Source of the DNA: Patescibacteria group bacterium
Lineage (GTDB): Bacteria; Patescibacteriota; Patescibacteriia; JAHIZJ01
Length of the DNA: 64,000 nucleotides
Assembly (NCBI GenBank): GCA_041650335.1
Contig: JBAZLK010000003.1
Coordinates: 57,765 to 121,764, forward strand
Direction: 5' to 3'
The notes beneath the pieces were generated by a model. The model searched no databases, was not told the DNA's origin, and saw only the letters and a program-made list of their open reading frames with translations. Of the stretch, positions 1 through 9,415 are shown piece after piece (position 1 is the first letter of the stretch; each line of letters opens with the position of its first letter). The translations under genes and the position numbers were made by a program.

Positions 1-27
1 CTGTCCGACCGGCAGTCGGCTAGAAGG

Positions 28-321
28 CTATGTCTGTTTGTCAGATTCCTTCCGCTGGGTCGCAATTTTCCGTCTGGCGTACACCGGATAGAAATACATG
101 ATCAGGCCAGTCAACGCCATGAGTGTGAGGATGCCGCCGAACCATGGGCTTAAACGGTTGTGGATATAGCGCAGCAGGCCGAGATCAATAAATGACAGCG
201 ACCGTGAAACAAAATCTGGATATTTCAATAATAACCCTGAGGTTGCCATGACAAGAATAAGGGCCGATATTAACAAGACGAGCAATCGATGAATTTTTTT
301 TGAGAGCAGAAAGTTATTCAT
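28..321 (-). CDS. small integral membrane protein, hypothetical. Alternative upstream start at 465 would overlap the cytochrome b5 gene.
   Basis: Reading frame 28..465. The Met at 321 precedes two predicted TM helices (LLVLLISALILVMATSGLL; FGGILTLMALTGLIMYF). No match to a known family. Confidence 0.4.
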   Translation of the reverse strand: MNNFLLSKKIHRLLVLLISALILVMATSGLLLKYPDFVSRSLSFIDLGLLRYIHNRLSPWFGGILTLMALTGLIMYFYPVYARRKIATQRKESDKQT

Positions 322-337
322 GGCCGTTATAAAAAAA

Positions 338-769
338 TTATTTGGCGTTTGAATTGTTCGTATCAAGAGCGCCGATATGATATGACGCCAGATCGACGTA
401 CGCCACCGATGAGTGAGCGCCTCGGCCAGCCTTTGTTTGGAAAGCTTGCGTCGCATCTTGTCCACAATGCGGGATGATGATGTCGCCGCCGCCCGGATGG
501 AGCTTGAGATACCTCGTCACGTCATAGACAATGCCCTGGATAACGATCCAGCAGTCAGCCGGAGTAGCATGCTGAGCGACAACACCGGCGGTAAGGACTG
601 TTTGGTTCGTATTTGAATTGCTTCCGGTTATCGGACCGGCCGCCTTGTGTCGATAATACCCCGCGACATAATAGCCGATGATTACCCCGAAGATGAGGAT
701 TAGTATCACCCCGATGACAATTTCTTTTCTCATATGACGCAGTATATCATGCCGAATATTCTGAAACAA
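338..769 (-). CDS. cytochrome b5-like heme-binding domain protein, N-terminally membrane anchored
   Basis: N-terminal TM helix (IVIGVILILIFGVIIGYYVAGYY). The C-terminal segment ATPADCWIVIQGIVYDVTRYLKLHPGGGDIIIPHCGQDATQAFQ matches the cyt b5 fold signature (HPGG, His ligands). Start may be the Met at 733. Confidence 0.55.
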   Translation of the reverse strand: MFQNIRHDILRHMRKEIVIGVILILIFGVIIGYYVAGYYRHKAAGPITGSNSNTNQTVLTAGVVAQHATPADCWIVIQGIVYDVTRYLKLHPGGGDIIIPHCGQDATQAFQTKAGRGAHSSVAYVDLASYHIGALDTNNSNAK

Positions 770-818
770 TTCAATAACAAAACCGGATTATTTATCCGGC
801 TTTGTCGTCTGCAGGTAT

Positions 819-3080
819 TTAGTAGCGTCGGTTCGCGCGCGGTCCGCCATGACCGCCACCGTGGCGATCATAGGGTCGGCGCGGCGGTCGCGAACGGGCA
901 TAATTCATCCGTTCTTCGCGTTCGGCCGGCGTTTCTAAGAGCGCTCGACGCGACAAACTGATGCGGCCGCGTTCGGCATCAACTTCCAGCACCTTTACTT
1001 TCATGGTATCGCCGACTTTCACCACGTCCTCGATCTTATAGACCCGCTCGCGCGCCAGCTCGGAGATGTGAACCATACCGTCTTTCCCGGGCAGGAATTC
1101 GACGATTACGCCGATTTCTTTGCCGGTGTTCCGGTCGCTGACGATTTGCGTCACCGTCCCTTCATACTCTTCGCCGATCTGAATATCGCGGGTGAGGTTT
1201 GTAATCCAGTCGATCGCCTTCTGTGCCATCTCGGAATTATGCGACGTGACCATGATCAAGCCGTCATCCTCGATATCAATCTTGGTGACGTCCTTGCCTC
1301 CGCAATTATCGATAATGTCGTTAATTGTTTCGCCGCCCTTACCGATGACCTCGCGGATTTTCTTCGGATCAATGCGCATCGAGGTGATGCGCGGGGCATA
1401 GGGCGAGAGTTCGGCCCGCGGCGTAGCGATGGCCTCAGCCATTTTATCGAGAATAACGCCGCGCACTTTTTTCGCTCGTTCGAATGTCTTCTCGCAAACC
1501 TCCAAGCTGATGCCGGCGCATTTCACGTCCAGCTGAACGGCGGTAATACCATCCCGTGTCCCGGCGACCTTGAAATCCATATCGCCCGAATGGTCTTCTA
1601 AACCTTGAATATCGCTCAGCAAGCGGAATTTATTTTGTGCTTCGTCCGACATCATGCCGATTGATATGCCGGCGACCGGTTTTGTGATCGGCACCCCGGC
1701 ATCCATGAGAGCGAGGGTTGAGCCGCAGGTTGAAGCCATCGAGGTTGAACCGTTTGACGACAGGACTTCCGAGACCACCCGGACGGTATACGGAAATGTT
1801 TCCTTGTCCGGCAAGACGGGCAGGATCGCTTTTTCGGCAAGCGCCCCGTGGCCGATCTCCCGCCGGCCCGGACCGCGCAACGGCGCGACTTCGCCCACGG
1901 AAAATGCCGGAAAATTGTAATGATGCATATACCGCTTTTTGCCGCTTTCTTCCATGGTATCGAGGAACTGCTCATCTCCCGGCGAACCAAGCGTGACAAT
2001 CGACAGCACCTGCGTCTCGCCGCGGTTGAATAAGCCGGAGCCGTGAGTGCGCGGGAGGATGCCGACCTCGACCGACAGCGGCCGGATGTCTTCGATTCCG
2101 CGGCCGTCAACGCGCTTGCCTGTTTCCAAAACCATCGTTCGGATCGCCCGTTCGAGTAGTTTTTCTACCAGATCCGGCGCTTTCAGCCGCATTTCTTTTG
2201 TTACTTCGTTATCGGCTTTCAGCTCAGCATCGAGGTCGGCAAAAAGTTTCGCCTTTTTTTCCTCGAGCCGCGGCTTCTCGGCAGTCTGGACGATATCGCG
2301 CACGCGGTCTTCGCAAAATGAAACAACTTTTTTCTCGAGCAAGAGCTTCGACTTTTCAGCTTCGTCATCAGCCGCGACTTCGACCACCATTTTCGGCGTA
2401 CCGACTTTTTGCCGCACCTCTTCAATAAGGTCAATGATCTTGCGCAGGTGTTTTTGACCAAAGCGCAGAGCTTCCATCATCGTCGCTTCAGGTACTTCTT
2501 TCGCGCCGGCTTCGAGCATGACAATCCTCTCGGCATTGCCGACGACGACGAGATCGAGCTCTGATTTTTCCCGGGCCGAATAGGTTGGATTTAAAACCCA
2601 TTCGCCGTTTATCTGACCGACGCGGACGCCGCTGACCGGGCCGTTCCAGGGAATATTGGAAATCGTCAGCGCACACGACGCGGCGATCAGCGCGGAAATG
2701 TCGGGATCGTTCTCCTGATCGATCGACAGCACGGTAATCACGACTTGGACGTCATTGCGGATCGTGTCTTTGAAAAACGGTCTAATCGAACGGTCGATCA
2801 AACGCGATGATAAAATCGCCTCGTCGGTTGGTCGGCCCTCGCGTTTAATGAAGCGCGAGCCTTTAATCTTCCCGGCCGCGTAGAGACGTTCTTCATAATC
2901 GACGAGCAACGGGAAGTAGTCGATGCCTTCCCGAACGGTATCGCTCATCACCGCCGTGGCTAATACAACCGTGTCGCCGTACCGGATGGTGCATGAACCA
3001 TTCGCTTGGCCGGCGAATTTCCCGGTCTCGATGGTCATTTTGCGACCGCCGATCTCGGTTTCAAATGTGTTGAGTGGCAT
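819..3080 (-). CDS. pnp: polyribonucleotide nucleotidyltransferase (PNPase)
   Basis: 753-aa frame with two RNase PH domains, a KH domain and an S1 domain (GEEYEGTVTQIVSDRNTGKEIGVIVEF...), and an RG-rich C-terminal tail. Length and domain order are typical of PNPase. Confidence 0.95.
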   Translation of the reverse strand: MPLNTFETEIGGRKMTIETGKFAGQANGSCTIRYGDTVVLATAVMSDTVREGIDYFPLLVDYEERLYAAGKIKGSRFIKREGRPTDEAILSSRLIDRSIRPFFKDTIRNDVQVVITVLSIDQENDPDISALIAASCALTISNIPWNGPVSGVRVGQINGEWVLNPTYSAREKSELDLVVVGNAERIVMLEAGAKEVPEATMMEALRFGQKHLRKIIDLIEEVRQKVGTPKMVVEVAADDEAEKSKLLLEKKVVSFCEDRVRDIVQTAEKPRLEEKKAKLFADLDAELKADNEVTKEMRLKAPDLVEKLLERAIRTMVLETGKRVDGRGIEDIRPLSVEVGILPRTHGSGLFNRGETQVLSIVTLGSPGDEQFLDTMEESGKKRYMHHYNFPAFSVGEVAPLRGPGRREIGHGALAEKAILPVLPDKETFPYTVRVVSEVLSSNGSTSMASTCGSTLALMDAGVPITKPVAGISIGMMSDEAQNKFRLLSDIQGLEDHSGDMDFKVAGTRDGITAVQLDVKCAGISLEVCEKTFERAKKVRGVILDKMAEAIATPRAELSPYAPRITSMRIDPKKIREVIGKGGETINDIIDNCGGKDVTKIDIEDDGLIMVTSHNSEMAQKAIDWITNLTRDIQIGEEYEGTVTQIVSDRNTGKEIGVIVEFLPGKDGMVHISELARERVYKIEDVVKVGDTMKVKVLEVDAERGRISLSRRALLETPAEREERMNYARSRPPRRPYDRHGGGHGGPRANRRY

Positions 3081-3194
3081 TGAGAAATTCTCCTTTTGAG
3101 AATCCTCGTGACCCTCAGACTCCAGACTTTCATTAGAATGAAATGAAAAAGTCTGTTGGTCTGCGGGCCAAAGAGGACGCTGTAGTTAATTATG

Positions 3195-3791
3195 TTAAGA
3201 CTTCGTTTTTGGTGTTGGTTGATTTGCGGGTCTCGACCGGCCAACATTCTGGATCGGTTTTACCAGACGTTTCAAATTGAACGGCCCACGATGGTTGCGC
3301 AGCAAATATTTCGATTCGTCAAGGCAGAGATCGGTGAAATCGTCCACGACTTCGGTGAGGCGTGTTGAGGCGGAACGGGCAAAGGCCACGACCTCAACTT
3401 GTTGGCCGTAAAACTTCAAATATTCAACGAGTGGAATAAAGTCTCCGTCGCCGCTGACGATCACGACCACGTCCAGCCGGCTGGCTAAACGGATCGCGTC
3501 GACGGCTACGCCGACATCCCAATCGCCTTTTTTCTGGCCGCCGTAGAAAACCTGCAAATCCTTTGACCGCACTTCGAATCCCTGCTTGCTCAGGGCGTCA
3601 AAAAAACTCTGTTCGTCCGGCGCCTCGGCTTTGATCACATAGGCGATTGCCCGAATGAGCTTTCGGCCGGCCACCGCGGTTTTTAAAATTTCGCCAAAAT
3701 TAACCTTTGAGTTATAGATATTCTTGGCGGAATAGTACATGTTCTGCACGTCGACGAATACGCCGACGCGCTGTTCTGGGTGTTTCATCAT
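3195..3791 (-). CDS. NYN-domain (LabA-like) protein
   Basis: VGVFVDVQNMYY ... VIVSGDGDFIPLV matches the PIN-like NYN/LabA acidic core. The gene sits between rpsO and pnp. Confidence 0.7.
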   Translation of the reverse strand: MMKHPEQRVGVFVDVQNMYYSAKNIYNSKVNFGEILKTAVAGRKLIRAIAYVIKAEAPDEQSFFDALSKQGFEVRSKDLQVFYGGQKKGDWDVGVAVDAIRLASRLDVVVIVSGDGDFIPLVEYLKFYGQQVEVVAFARSASTRLTEVVDDFTDLCLDESKYLLRNHRGPFNLKRLVKPIQNVGRSRPANQPTPKTKS

Positions 3792-3840
3792 ATGTTTTTT
3801 GTCTTATCGAAAAAAGCCCGACTCAACGGGTATGCAATAA

Positions 3841-4110
3841 TTAATGCTTGAGTTTTAACTTCTTGATGAGGTTTTGATAGCTCTCGGCGTTCTCTTTTTC
3901 GAGATAGCGGAGCAGGCGGCGGCGTTGGCCGACCTTGCGGAGCAGGCCGCGCCGGGAAGAAAAATCCTTTTTATGATCGCGCAGGTGATCGGTGAGCTGC
4001 TGGATTTCCTCGGTCAAAATGGCGATCTGTACCTCGGACGAACCGGTATCGGTTTCGTGCGTTTTAAACTTTTTGATGAGCTCTTCTTTTTTTTGCTTGT
4101 CGATAGCCAT
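3841..4110 (-). CDS. rpsO: 30S ribosomal protein S15
   Basis: 89 aa; [49 protein letters not shown] is the canonical S15 sequence. Position upstream of pnp is the expected gene order. Confidence 0.9.
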   Translation of the reverse strand: MAIDKQKKEELIKKFKTHETDTGSSEVQIAILTEEIQQLTDHLRDHKKDFSSRRGLLRKVGQRRRLLRYLEKENAESYQNLIKKLKLKH

Positions 4111-4520
4111 GGGGCGTTCCTTTCGCGTCCGCGAAACCCGAGTTGCGTCCTAACCTTCGCTCTATTCCCTGGAACAAAGCGGGGCGCAACCAAGGAGTCG
4201 TACATTAATAATATAGCTTTTGCAAAATACCACGGCTGGCAGGACCTGTCAAGCGTCCCCGTGGAAGAAAAAAGGCGGTCTTAGGATTTCTCCAAAAGAT
4301 CCGCCGCTATAGCACCGATCACGCGGAAGGAAGCGCACCAATCTCGAGCTGCCAATGATCGTGTCCGCAGCTTGCGCAGGTTCCGAACTCCTCCCCTTCG
4401 ATTTTGTGTACGCTCTCGCCGCACCCCGTGCATTCAAAGAAGCCGTCGTATGGAACAGTCTCTTCAGACGACCATTCCACTATAATCTCACCTCCTTCAT
4501 CATCTGGAAGCTAGACTCTG

Positions 4521-5450
4521 TTAGAGGGTCTGACTCGTGAACTGCAGGTCTACCCCGTCCACCGTAAGAACGGCATAGCCTGGATGCCCCACGCCGAACT
4601 GTACGCCCCAGACCGCCGGCACAAACATCATCTCATACGGAACCGGTCCGAACTTGGCCAGCTCCTGGCTTGCCCTCAGCTTGGCATGGAAGTCACCGAA
4701 TACTACCGCCTTGATTCTGTCAGAGTAGTCCGAGATTCGTTCCTCAGAGATGACGTTCATCCGGTGGGTGAACAGCACAACCTGCTTTGGGCGACTGCTG
4801 GCGAGTGTCTCGGTGATGAAATCATTCTGCCGGCGAAGCAGATCCTGCAAGAAGGCGCTGTCCGAATCCTTGATCTGCCGCTTCCACCGGAAGAGGTCGC
4901 AGTCGATCCAGACGAACCGGAAGGCTTCGACTTCCTTCATGCCCCAGAGCGGCCCGGCCAATTCGAGCCAGTTGCGGATTGCCTCTTCACTCAGGTCACC
5001 TCCGATATCCCGAGTGATCTCAATCAGGATCTTCGACAAGTCGTTTCCCCAGCGAGGCCGGAAGAAGTAGTCGACTCCGTCGCGATATCCCAAGGGATGT
5101 TCTGACGGAACATGGAACAAGACCCGCCCCATCGATTCGCAAAGTCCGAGAAATTCGCCGAGAACCGATCGGCCCGCCGTTCCCTCGGCACCGCGTTCGG
5201 CAATGCCGTGGATTTGGTCGCCGAGCGTTATCAATCCGTCACTCTGCAGTGACGGATACACCCGCTGGAGCTTAGCGATCGCCCGTAAGTTCGTATGCCG
5301 AAGAAACCGGACGACCAGCCGGACAAGCCGTACTGAAACCCGTCTTTTCATCATCACAATCGGATACCACTGCTTGCGCAGCTGCTCTTCAGTGAGCTCA
5401 TCCGGATGATTCATGAGATGGGTGTTGGAAATGAGCACAAACCGTGTCAT
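4521..5450 (-). CDS. metallophosphoesterase-like (calcineurin-like) protein, tentative
   Basis: FVLISNTHL and TLGDQIHGIAERG loosely fit motifs I and II of calcineurin-like phosphoesterases. The remainder is unassigned. Confidence 0.35.
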   Translation of the reverse strand: MTRFVLISNTHLMNHPDELTEEQLRKQWYPIVMMKRRVSVRLVRLVVRFLRHTNLRAIAKLQRVYPSLQSDGLITLGDQIHGIAERGAEGTAGRSVLGEFLGLCESMGRVLFHVPSEHPLGYRDGVDYFFRPRWGNDLSKILIEITRDIGGDLSEEAIRNWLELAGPLWGMKEVEAFRFVWIDCDLFRWKRQIKDSDSAFLQDLLRRQNDFITETLASSRPKQVVLFTHRMNVISEERISDYSDRIKAVVFGDFHAKLRASQELAKFGPVPYEMMFVPAVWGVQFGVGHPGYAVLTVDGVDLQFTSQTL

Positions 5451-5701
5451 GGATAACCTCCACCTCAGATCAAGTCGTGACGATCCATCTATTCAGCCAT
5501 ACCCAGGAAACACTGCACTGTATACTATTTTTTGTGTACTGTCAAGAATGATTAAACCTGCGACTGGAAAGGCTAAGTATAGAAAAACCGTTGACCATAT
5601 TCGTTGATCAACGGTTGGACGACTGGTGAAGACGGCAAGAGAACAAACGGTACAGCCGGAAACTCGTGGCGGCGCCAGGAAAACGTGATCGAACCCGACG
5701 G

Positions 5702-6025
5702 CTAGATGCTCGTCACCAGATCGAATACGACCGGGCGATCCCGCCTCTGGCCAGGATTGTAGGCGCACATGTAGGCGCACCCCTCCAGAAAAACGTTGCC
5801 CGGCATCCACTGGCCGCGCTCGGAGTTATACTGCACGGTGGCGCGGCCCTTGAACTCGCGGTCCATCCGGACGCACGTGAAATCGATCGAGTGCATCGCC
5901 GTCCGGTCCGTAAGATCGACCGCCTGGGTAGTCACGCTTTCGGCCCTGCCAATGCTTCTGGACAGCGCCGCCTGAGCCATTCGCGTGACAAGCTCTTTCA
6001 CTACCGTCGCATCGCTCTTCGGCAT
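5702..6025 (-). CDS. hypothetical protein in a GC-rich patch
   Basis: 107-aa frame with protein-like composition. A GGGAGG Shine-Dalgarno lies 8 nt upstream of the ATG. No family match. Confidence 0.4.
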   Translation of the reverse strand: MPKSDATVVKELVTRMAQAALSRSIGRAESVTTQAVDLTDRTAMHSIDFTCVRMDREFKGRATVQYNSERGQWMPGNVFLEGCAYMCAYNPGQRRDRPVVFDLVTSI

Positions 6026-6344
6026 TCCCTGTTCCTCCCAAAGACCCTCTCTTTTGGTTGACTGATGCGGCCATACACCATGCTCGAGCTCTGTGGAAGT
6101 ACCACCGAAAAGATCGAGAGAAGTAACGTCCTGCTTTAGCGCACGCGGTAGACGTCTCGTTCACTCAGATGCATAATGACCCGAAACTTGATTGAGTAAG
6201 ACAGTGCGACAACATCAGACCTTATAATATAAAAAGTGGTTTGTCAATAGAATTAATAGAAACTTCAATAAAAACGACTTGATAATCCGCCTTGCATAAT
6301 AGTATGTGACTTGCAATTTTATAAATGTGTCGTAAAATATATGC

Positions 6345-7301
6345 ATGGTCGCAAATTCCCTCACCCAATATATCAAAGACTTTCTCGACTACCTCGAAAT
6401 CGAGCGGAATTGCAGTCTGGCTACGAAACGGAATTACCAGGCTTACCTTGATCGTTTTCTCGATTGGTCGAAATTGTCAAAACCGCAAGACATCACGCTT
6501 GAGGTCGTCCGGCAATTTCGGCTCTATCTCAATCGGCAGGAAAACCAGAAAAAGGAAACGCTCAAAAAAAGTACTCAGAACTACTATCTTATAGCGTTGC
6601 GGGCGTTTCTGAAATACTTGGCCAAACGTGATGTTAAAACTCTGGCGCCGGAAAAAATCGAACTGGCAAAAATGCCCGAACGCCAGGTGACCTTTCTCGA
6701 GGGCGACGATCTCGAACGTTTTCTGGCTGCTCCGCTGAAATCCGACGAGCCGGCCATCATTCAAAAGCGTGACAAGGCGATCTTGGAAATGTTTTTTTCA
6801 ACCGGCCTGCGCGTTTCCGAGCTGGCCGGACTGACTAAAGAAAACGTCAATCTGGCGAAAGACGAATTCACCATTCGCGGCAAGGGCAGCAAGCTCCGGC
6901 TCGTTTTCCTCTCCAACCAGGCCAAGCACTGGCTGAAACAATACCTCGACAGCCGGGCCGATGTTTCGCTCTATCTATTTGTCCGGCACGATCGGGCGAT
7001 CAAGCGTGGTGCCGCGGCTTCGCCGCTCACCTCACGAAGCATCCAACGCCTGGTCCAGCACTACGCAAAATCCGTCGGCATCACCAAACGCATCACCCCC
7101 CACGTGCTCCGGCACTCTTACGCCACCGACCTGCTGACTGGCGGCGCCGATATCCGGTCAGTCCAGTCGTTGCTCGGCCACGCGTCAATCACGACTACGC
7201 AAATTTATACCCATATCACCGATCAGCAGTTAAAGGACGTGTATAAGGCGTTTCACAGTCGGAAACGAACGCCTGGCAAGTTAATTGACACGCCGAAATA
7301 A
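6345..7301 (+). CDS. xerC: tyrosine recombinase, XerC/XerD type
   Basis: N-terminal SAM-like core-binding region (FLDYLEIERNCSLATKRNYQAYLDRFLDW). C-terminal catalytic box HVLRHSYATDLLTGGADIRSVQSLLGHASITTTQIYTHI contains R...HxxR...Y. Confidence 0.85.
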   Translation: MVANSLTQYIKDFLDYLEIERNCSLATKRNYQAYLDRFLDWSKLSKPQDITLEVVRQFRLYLNRQENQKKETLKKSTQNYYLIALRAFLKYLAKRDVKTLAPEKIELAKMPERQVTFLEGDDLERFLAAPLKSDEPAIIQKRDKAILEMFFSTGLRVSELAGLTKENVNLAKDEFTIRGKGSKLRLVFLSNQAKHWLKQYLDSRADVSLYLFVRHDRAIKRGAAASPLTSRSIQRLVQHYAKSVGITKRITPHVLRHSYATDLLTGGADIRSVQSLLGHASITTTQIYTHITDQQLKDVYKAFHSRKRTPGKLIDTPK

Positions 7302-7326
7302 TTCTCGTATTTTCAAATCACAACTT

Positions 7327-7401
7327 GCCCTCGTAGCTCAACGGATAGAGCGCCAGCCTTCTAAGCTGGACATAGAGGTTCGATTCCTCTCGAGGGCACC
7401 A
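7327..7401 (+). tRNA. tRNA-Arg (anticodon TCT), CCA encoded
   Basis: Cloverleaf read by hand. Acceptor stem gccctcg/cgagggc, anticodon stem ccagc/gctgg with loop cttctaa (anticodon TCT), T-arm agagg-ttcgatt-cctct, and a 3' ACCA end. Confidence 0.85.
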
Positions 7402-7421
7402 GTAAATTAAAAAATGGATAT

Positions 7422-7886
7422 ATGACCGCACCCGACTTACAAAAACTCGTCCAGGAAATCGTCGCCCAGGCGCAAAAACTGAAGGACGTTCGCACCGATG
7501 CAAAAGACGCACCGGTGAATTACGCCTGTGTCTTCGCCCAAAGCGATGAAGAATACTCCCGCCTGCTTGAAGTCGCTAAAAAGTTAGGCTTGGTTTTGAA
7601 CGAAACAAAAATGGGCCCGTTGTTCCAGATCAAGCCGCTGGACACCGCGGCCGGAAAACTTCAGCTCCTGAAAATCCGTCGGCCTGACGTGAATCGGCCC
7701 GAGCGGGGCGACGCGGATTTTACCGTGGCCGATTACCCGGCCTTTAAGGAAAAGTATCTTTCCCAACCCGGCTATAAACTCCTGCTTCGGGAACGATTTG
7801 AGATGATCGAGCTGGCTGATCCAAATTTTTCGGTTCTCGCCTATTTCTCCTACCCGCCGCTCGACCAACAATACCATCTCGTATGA
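7422..7886 (+). CDS. hypothetical protein
   Basis: 154-aa frame directly downstream of the tRNA. Its stop overlaps the start of the next gene (ATGA). No recognisable motif. Confidence 0.4.
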   Translation: MTAPDLQKLVQEIVAQAQKLKDVRTDAKDAPVNYACVFAQSDEEYSRLLEVAKKLGLVLNETKMGPLFQIKPLDTAAGKLQLLKIRRPDVNRPERGDADFTVADYPAFKEKYLSQPGYKLLLRERFEMIELADPNFSVLAYFSYPPLDQQYHLV

Positions 7887-8479
7887 GATACCTCTATGGG
7901 ATTATTATCGCCCTGATCGCCCTGGCGGCGTTCGTGGCGATCTGGACGCGCGCGTTTGGTCCCGCCGGCTCGATGTTGATTGTTCCAATCGGCATCGCAA
8001 TTATTTGGTCGATTGTCGCTTTTTTTGCCAGGCGCGGCCGGCTCGATAAACCGTATGGCGTCCGGCGCGTTTATCGCTCCCAAACCGTTAAGAAATCGCT
8101 CTCGGAAACAAGCCCGAAGATCCTATACTTTCAGCCTGACGAGGCGGCGGCAAAAAGGTTCGCCGTAAAATTAACTCAAGCCGGTTTTGACGTAATTCAC
8201 TTTCAAAGCCCCGGCGCCGATCCAGTCCAACTTGTCAAAAAGGAAAAGCCCGCCTTGATTATGGCCGACGTTATGATGCCCGGCCTGGACGGGCTGGAGC
8301 TGGCCCGGCAAATAAAGAAACAGCCTGAAACAAAAAATCTGCCAATCATCGGCGTATCGGATATCAGCAGCGAGGCCGTCCGTCAAAAAGCGCTCGCGGC
8401 TGGAATGAATGATTTTTTATCGCTGCGCCACCTGACAATAGATGAGATCGTGGTAAAAATTACCGAATATCTTCCCTAA
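7883..8479 (+). CDS. membrane-anchored response-regulator receiver (REC) domain protein
   Basis: Two N-terminal TM helices, then a CheY-like fold (ALIMADVMMPGLDGLELARQIKK...LPIIGVSDISS...AGMNDFL) carrying the phospho-acceptor Asp and the conserved Lys. Confidence 0.7.
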   Translation: MRYLYGIIIALIALAAFVAIWTRAFGPAGSMLIVPIGIAIIWSIVAFFARRGRLDKPYGVRRVYRSQTVKKSLSETSPKILYFQPDEAAAKRFAVKLTQAGFDVIHFQSPGADPVQLVKKEKPALIMADVMMPGLDGLELARQIKKQPETKNLPIIGVSDISSEAVRQKALAAGMNDFLSLRHLTIDEIVVKITEYLP

Positions 8480-8542
8480 CCTTATTTTGGCATATCGGGA
8501 AATAAAAAAACCGGTTGGTTTAACTAACGGGAAGTTATAATA

Positions 8543-9355
8543 TTATCTTCCATTTACGAACCGCAGAATGTCCGGCATCTTCACTCGAGCCGCCTTTTCA
8601 CCGGCGACAATGTGCTTCTTGACCGTCTTCGGATCAAAGAAATCATTGAAACCAACAAATGTCTCGCTGTGCGTTTGCGGTTCAATCACAATATCCGAGT
8701 CAAGGATTGTCTGATGGGCAAAATTATGACGGATAATGGTCAGGGCGCGATAGGTTACGTCAGTGATGCTCTTCTTCGACAGGCGTTTTAATCCGATCTC
8801 CGTTTCCAAACTGACCGAAATAACTTTATCGGCGCCAAGAAATCGGACGACATCATCTGGCACCGGGTTCGTCAATCCGCCGTCGGCCAGAAACCAGTTG
8901 TCGTAGGGAATCGGCGAAAAAACCGGGGTGGCGGAAATACTGGCATGAACCGCCTTAACCACGTCGCCCTCGTTAAGATGAACTTCCTTGCCAGTATGGA
9001 GGTCGGTCGCGACCACGGTCAGTGGAATTTTCAGATCGGAAAACTGAAGATAGCCGAGATGAGCGCGTAAAAACTTCTCGATTTTATTGCCGGCCATGAA
9101 GCCGCCTTTCCAGGTCGGGTCGATGAGCGCCAGCCATTGTTTCAGATTGCTGTGTTCCAACGCGAACGCTTCGATCTTCCGGCTGTCGCCCCAGGCCGCG
9201 TACAAGGCGCCGATCAACGCGCCGATACTCGTGCCCGCCATAAGATCGATCGGAACATGATTGTCTTCGAGTGTTTTCAGAACACCGATGTGCGTCAGCC
9301 CGCGCACCCCGCCGGAGCCAAGCGCTAGACCAATTTTTCTTTTTTTCATTATCAT
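8543..9355 (-). CDS. patatin-like phospholipase
   Basis: GLALGSGGVRG (oxyanion GGxR), GTSIG (GxSxG nucleophile) and DGGLTNPVP (DGG catalytic Asp) are all present. Confidence 0.8.
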   Translation of the reverse strand: MIMKKRKIGLALGSGGVRGLTHIGVLKTLEDNHVPIDLMAGTSIGALIGALYAAWGDSRKIEAFALEHSNLKQWLALIDPTWKGGFMAGNKIEKFLRAHLGYLQFSDLKIPLTVVATDLHTGKEVHLNEGDVVKAVHASISATPVFSPIPYDNWFLADGGLTNPVPDDVVRFLGADKVISVSLETEIGLKRLSKKSITDVTYRALTIIRHNFAHQTILDSDIVIEPQTHSETFVGFNDFFDPKTVKKHIVAGEKAARVKMPDILRFVNGR

Positions 9356-9415
9356 CTCGCTAACAATATTTTACGAATAATTATCTGCGTACCGTCGAAT
9401 CATGAAGCGCCTGTA

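Noticed and set aside
1068-2457. Multiple 60-180-aa ORFs on the plus strand inside the pnp locus (1068..1601, 1654..1920, 1718..1996, 2047..2457 and others).
   Set aside because: They lie antisense to, or out of frame with, the clearly conserved 753-aa PNPase. Their Arg/Ser/Pro-rich composition is typical of GC-skewed antisense frames.
6345-7301. Calling the recombinase a phage integrase and the downstream region a prophage.
   Set aside because: The sequence has XerC/XerD hallmarks (N-terminal core-binding domain, LLGHASITTTQIYTHI). No phage structural, terminase or repressor genes are seen downstream of the tRNA. Only the recombinase-tRNA adjacency is flagged.
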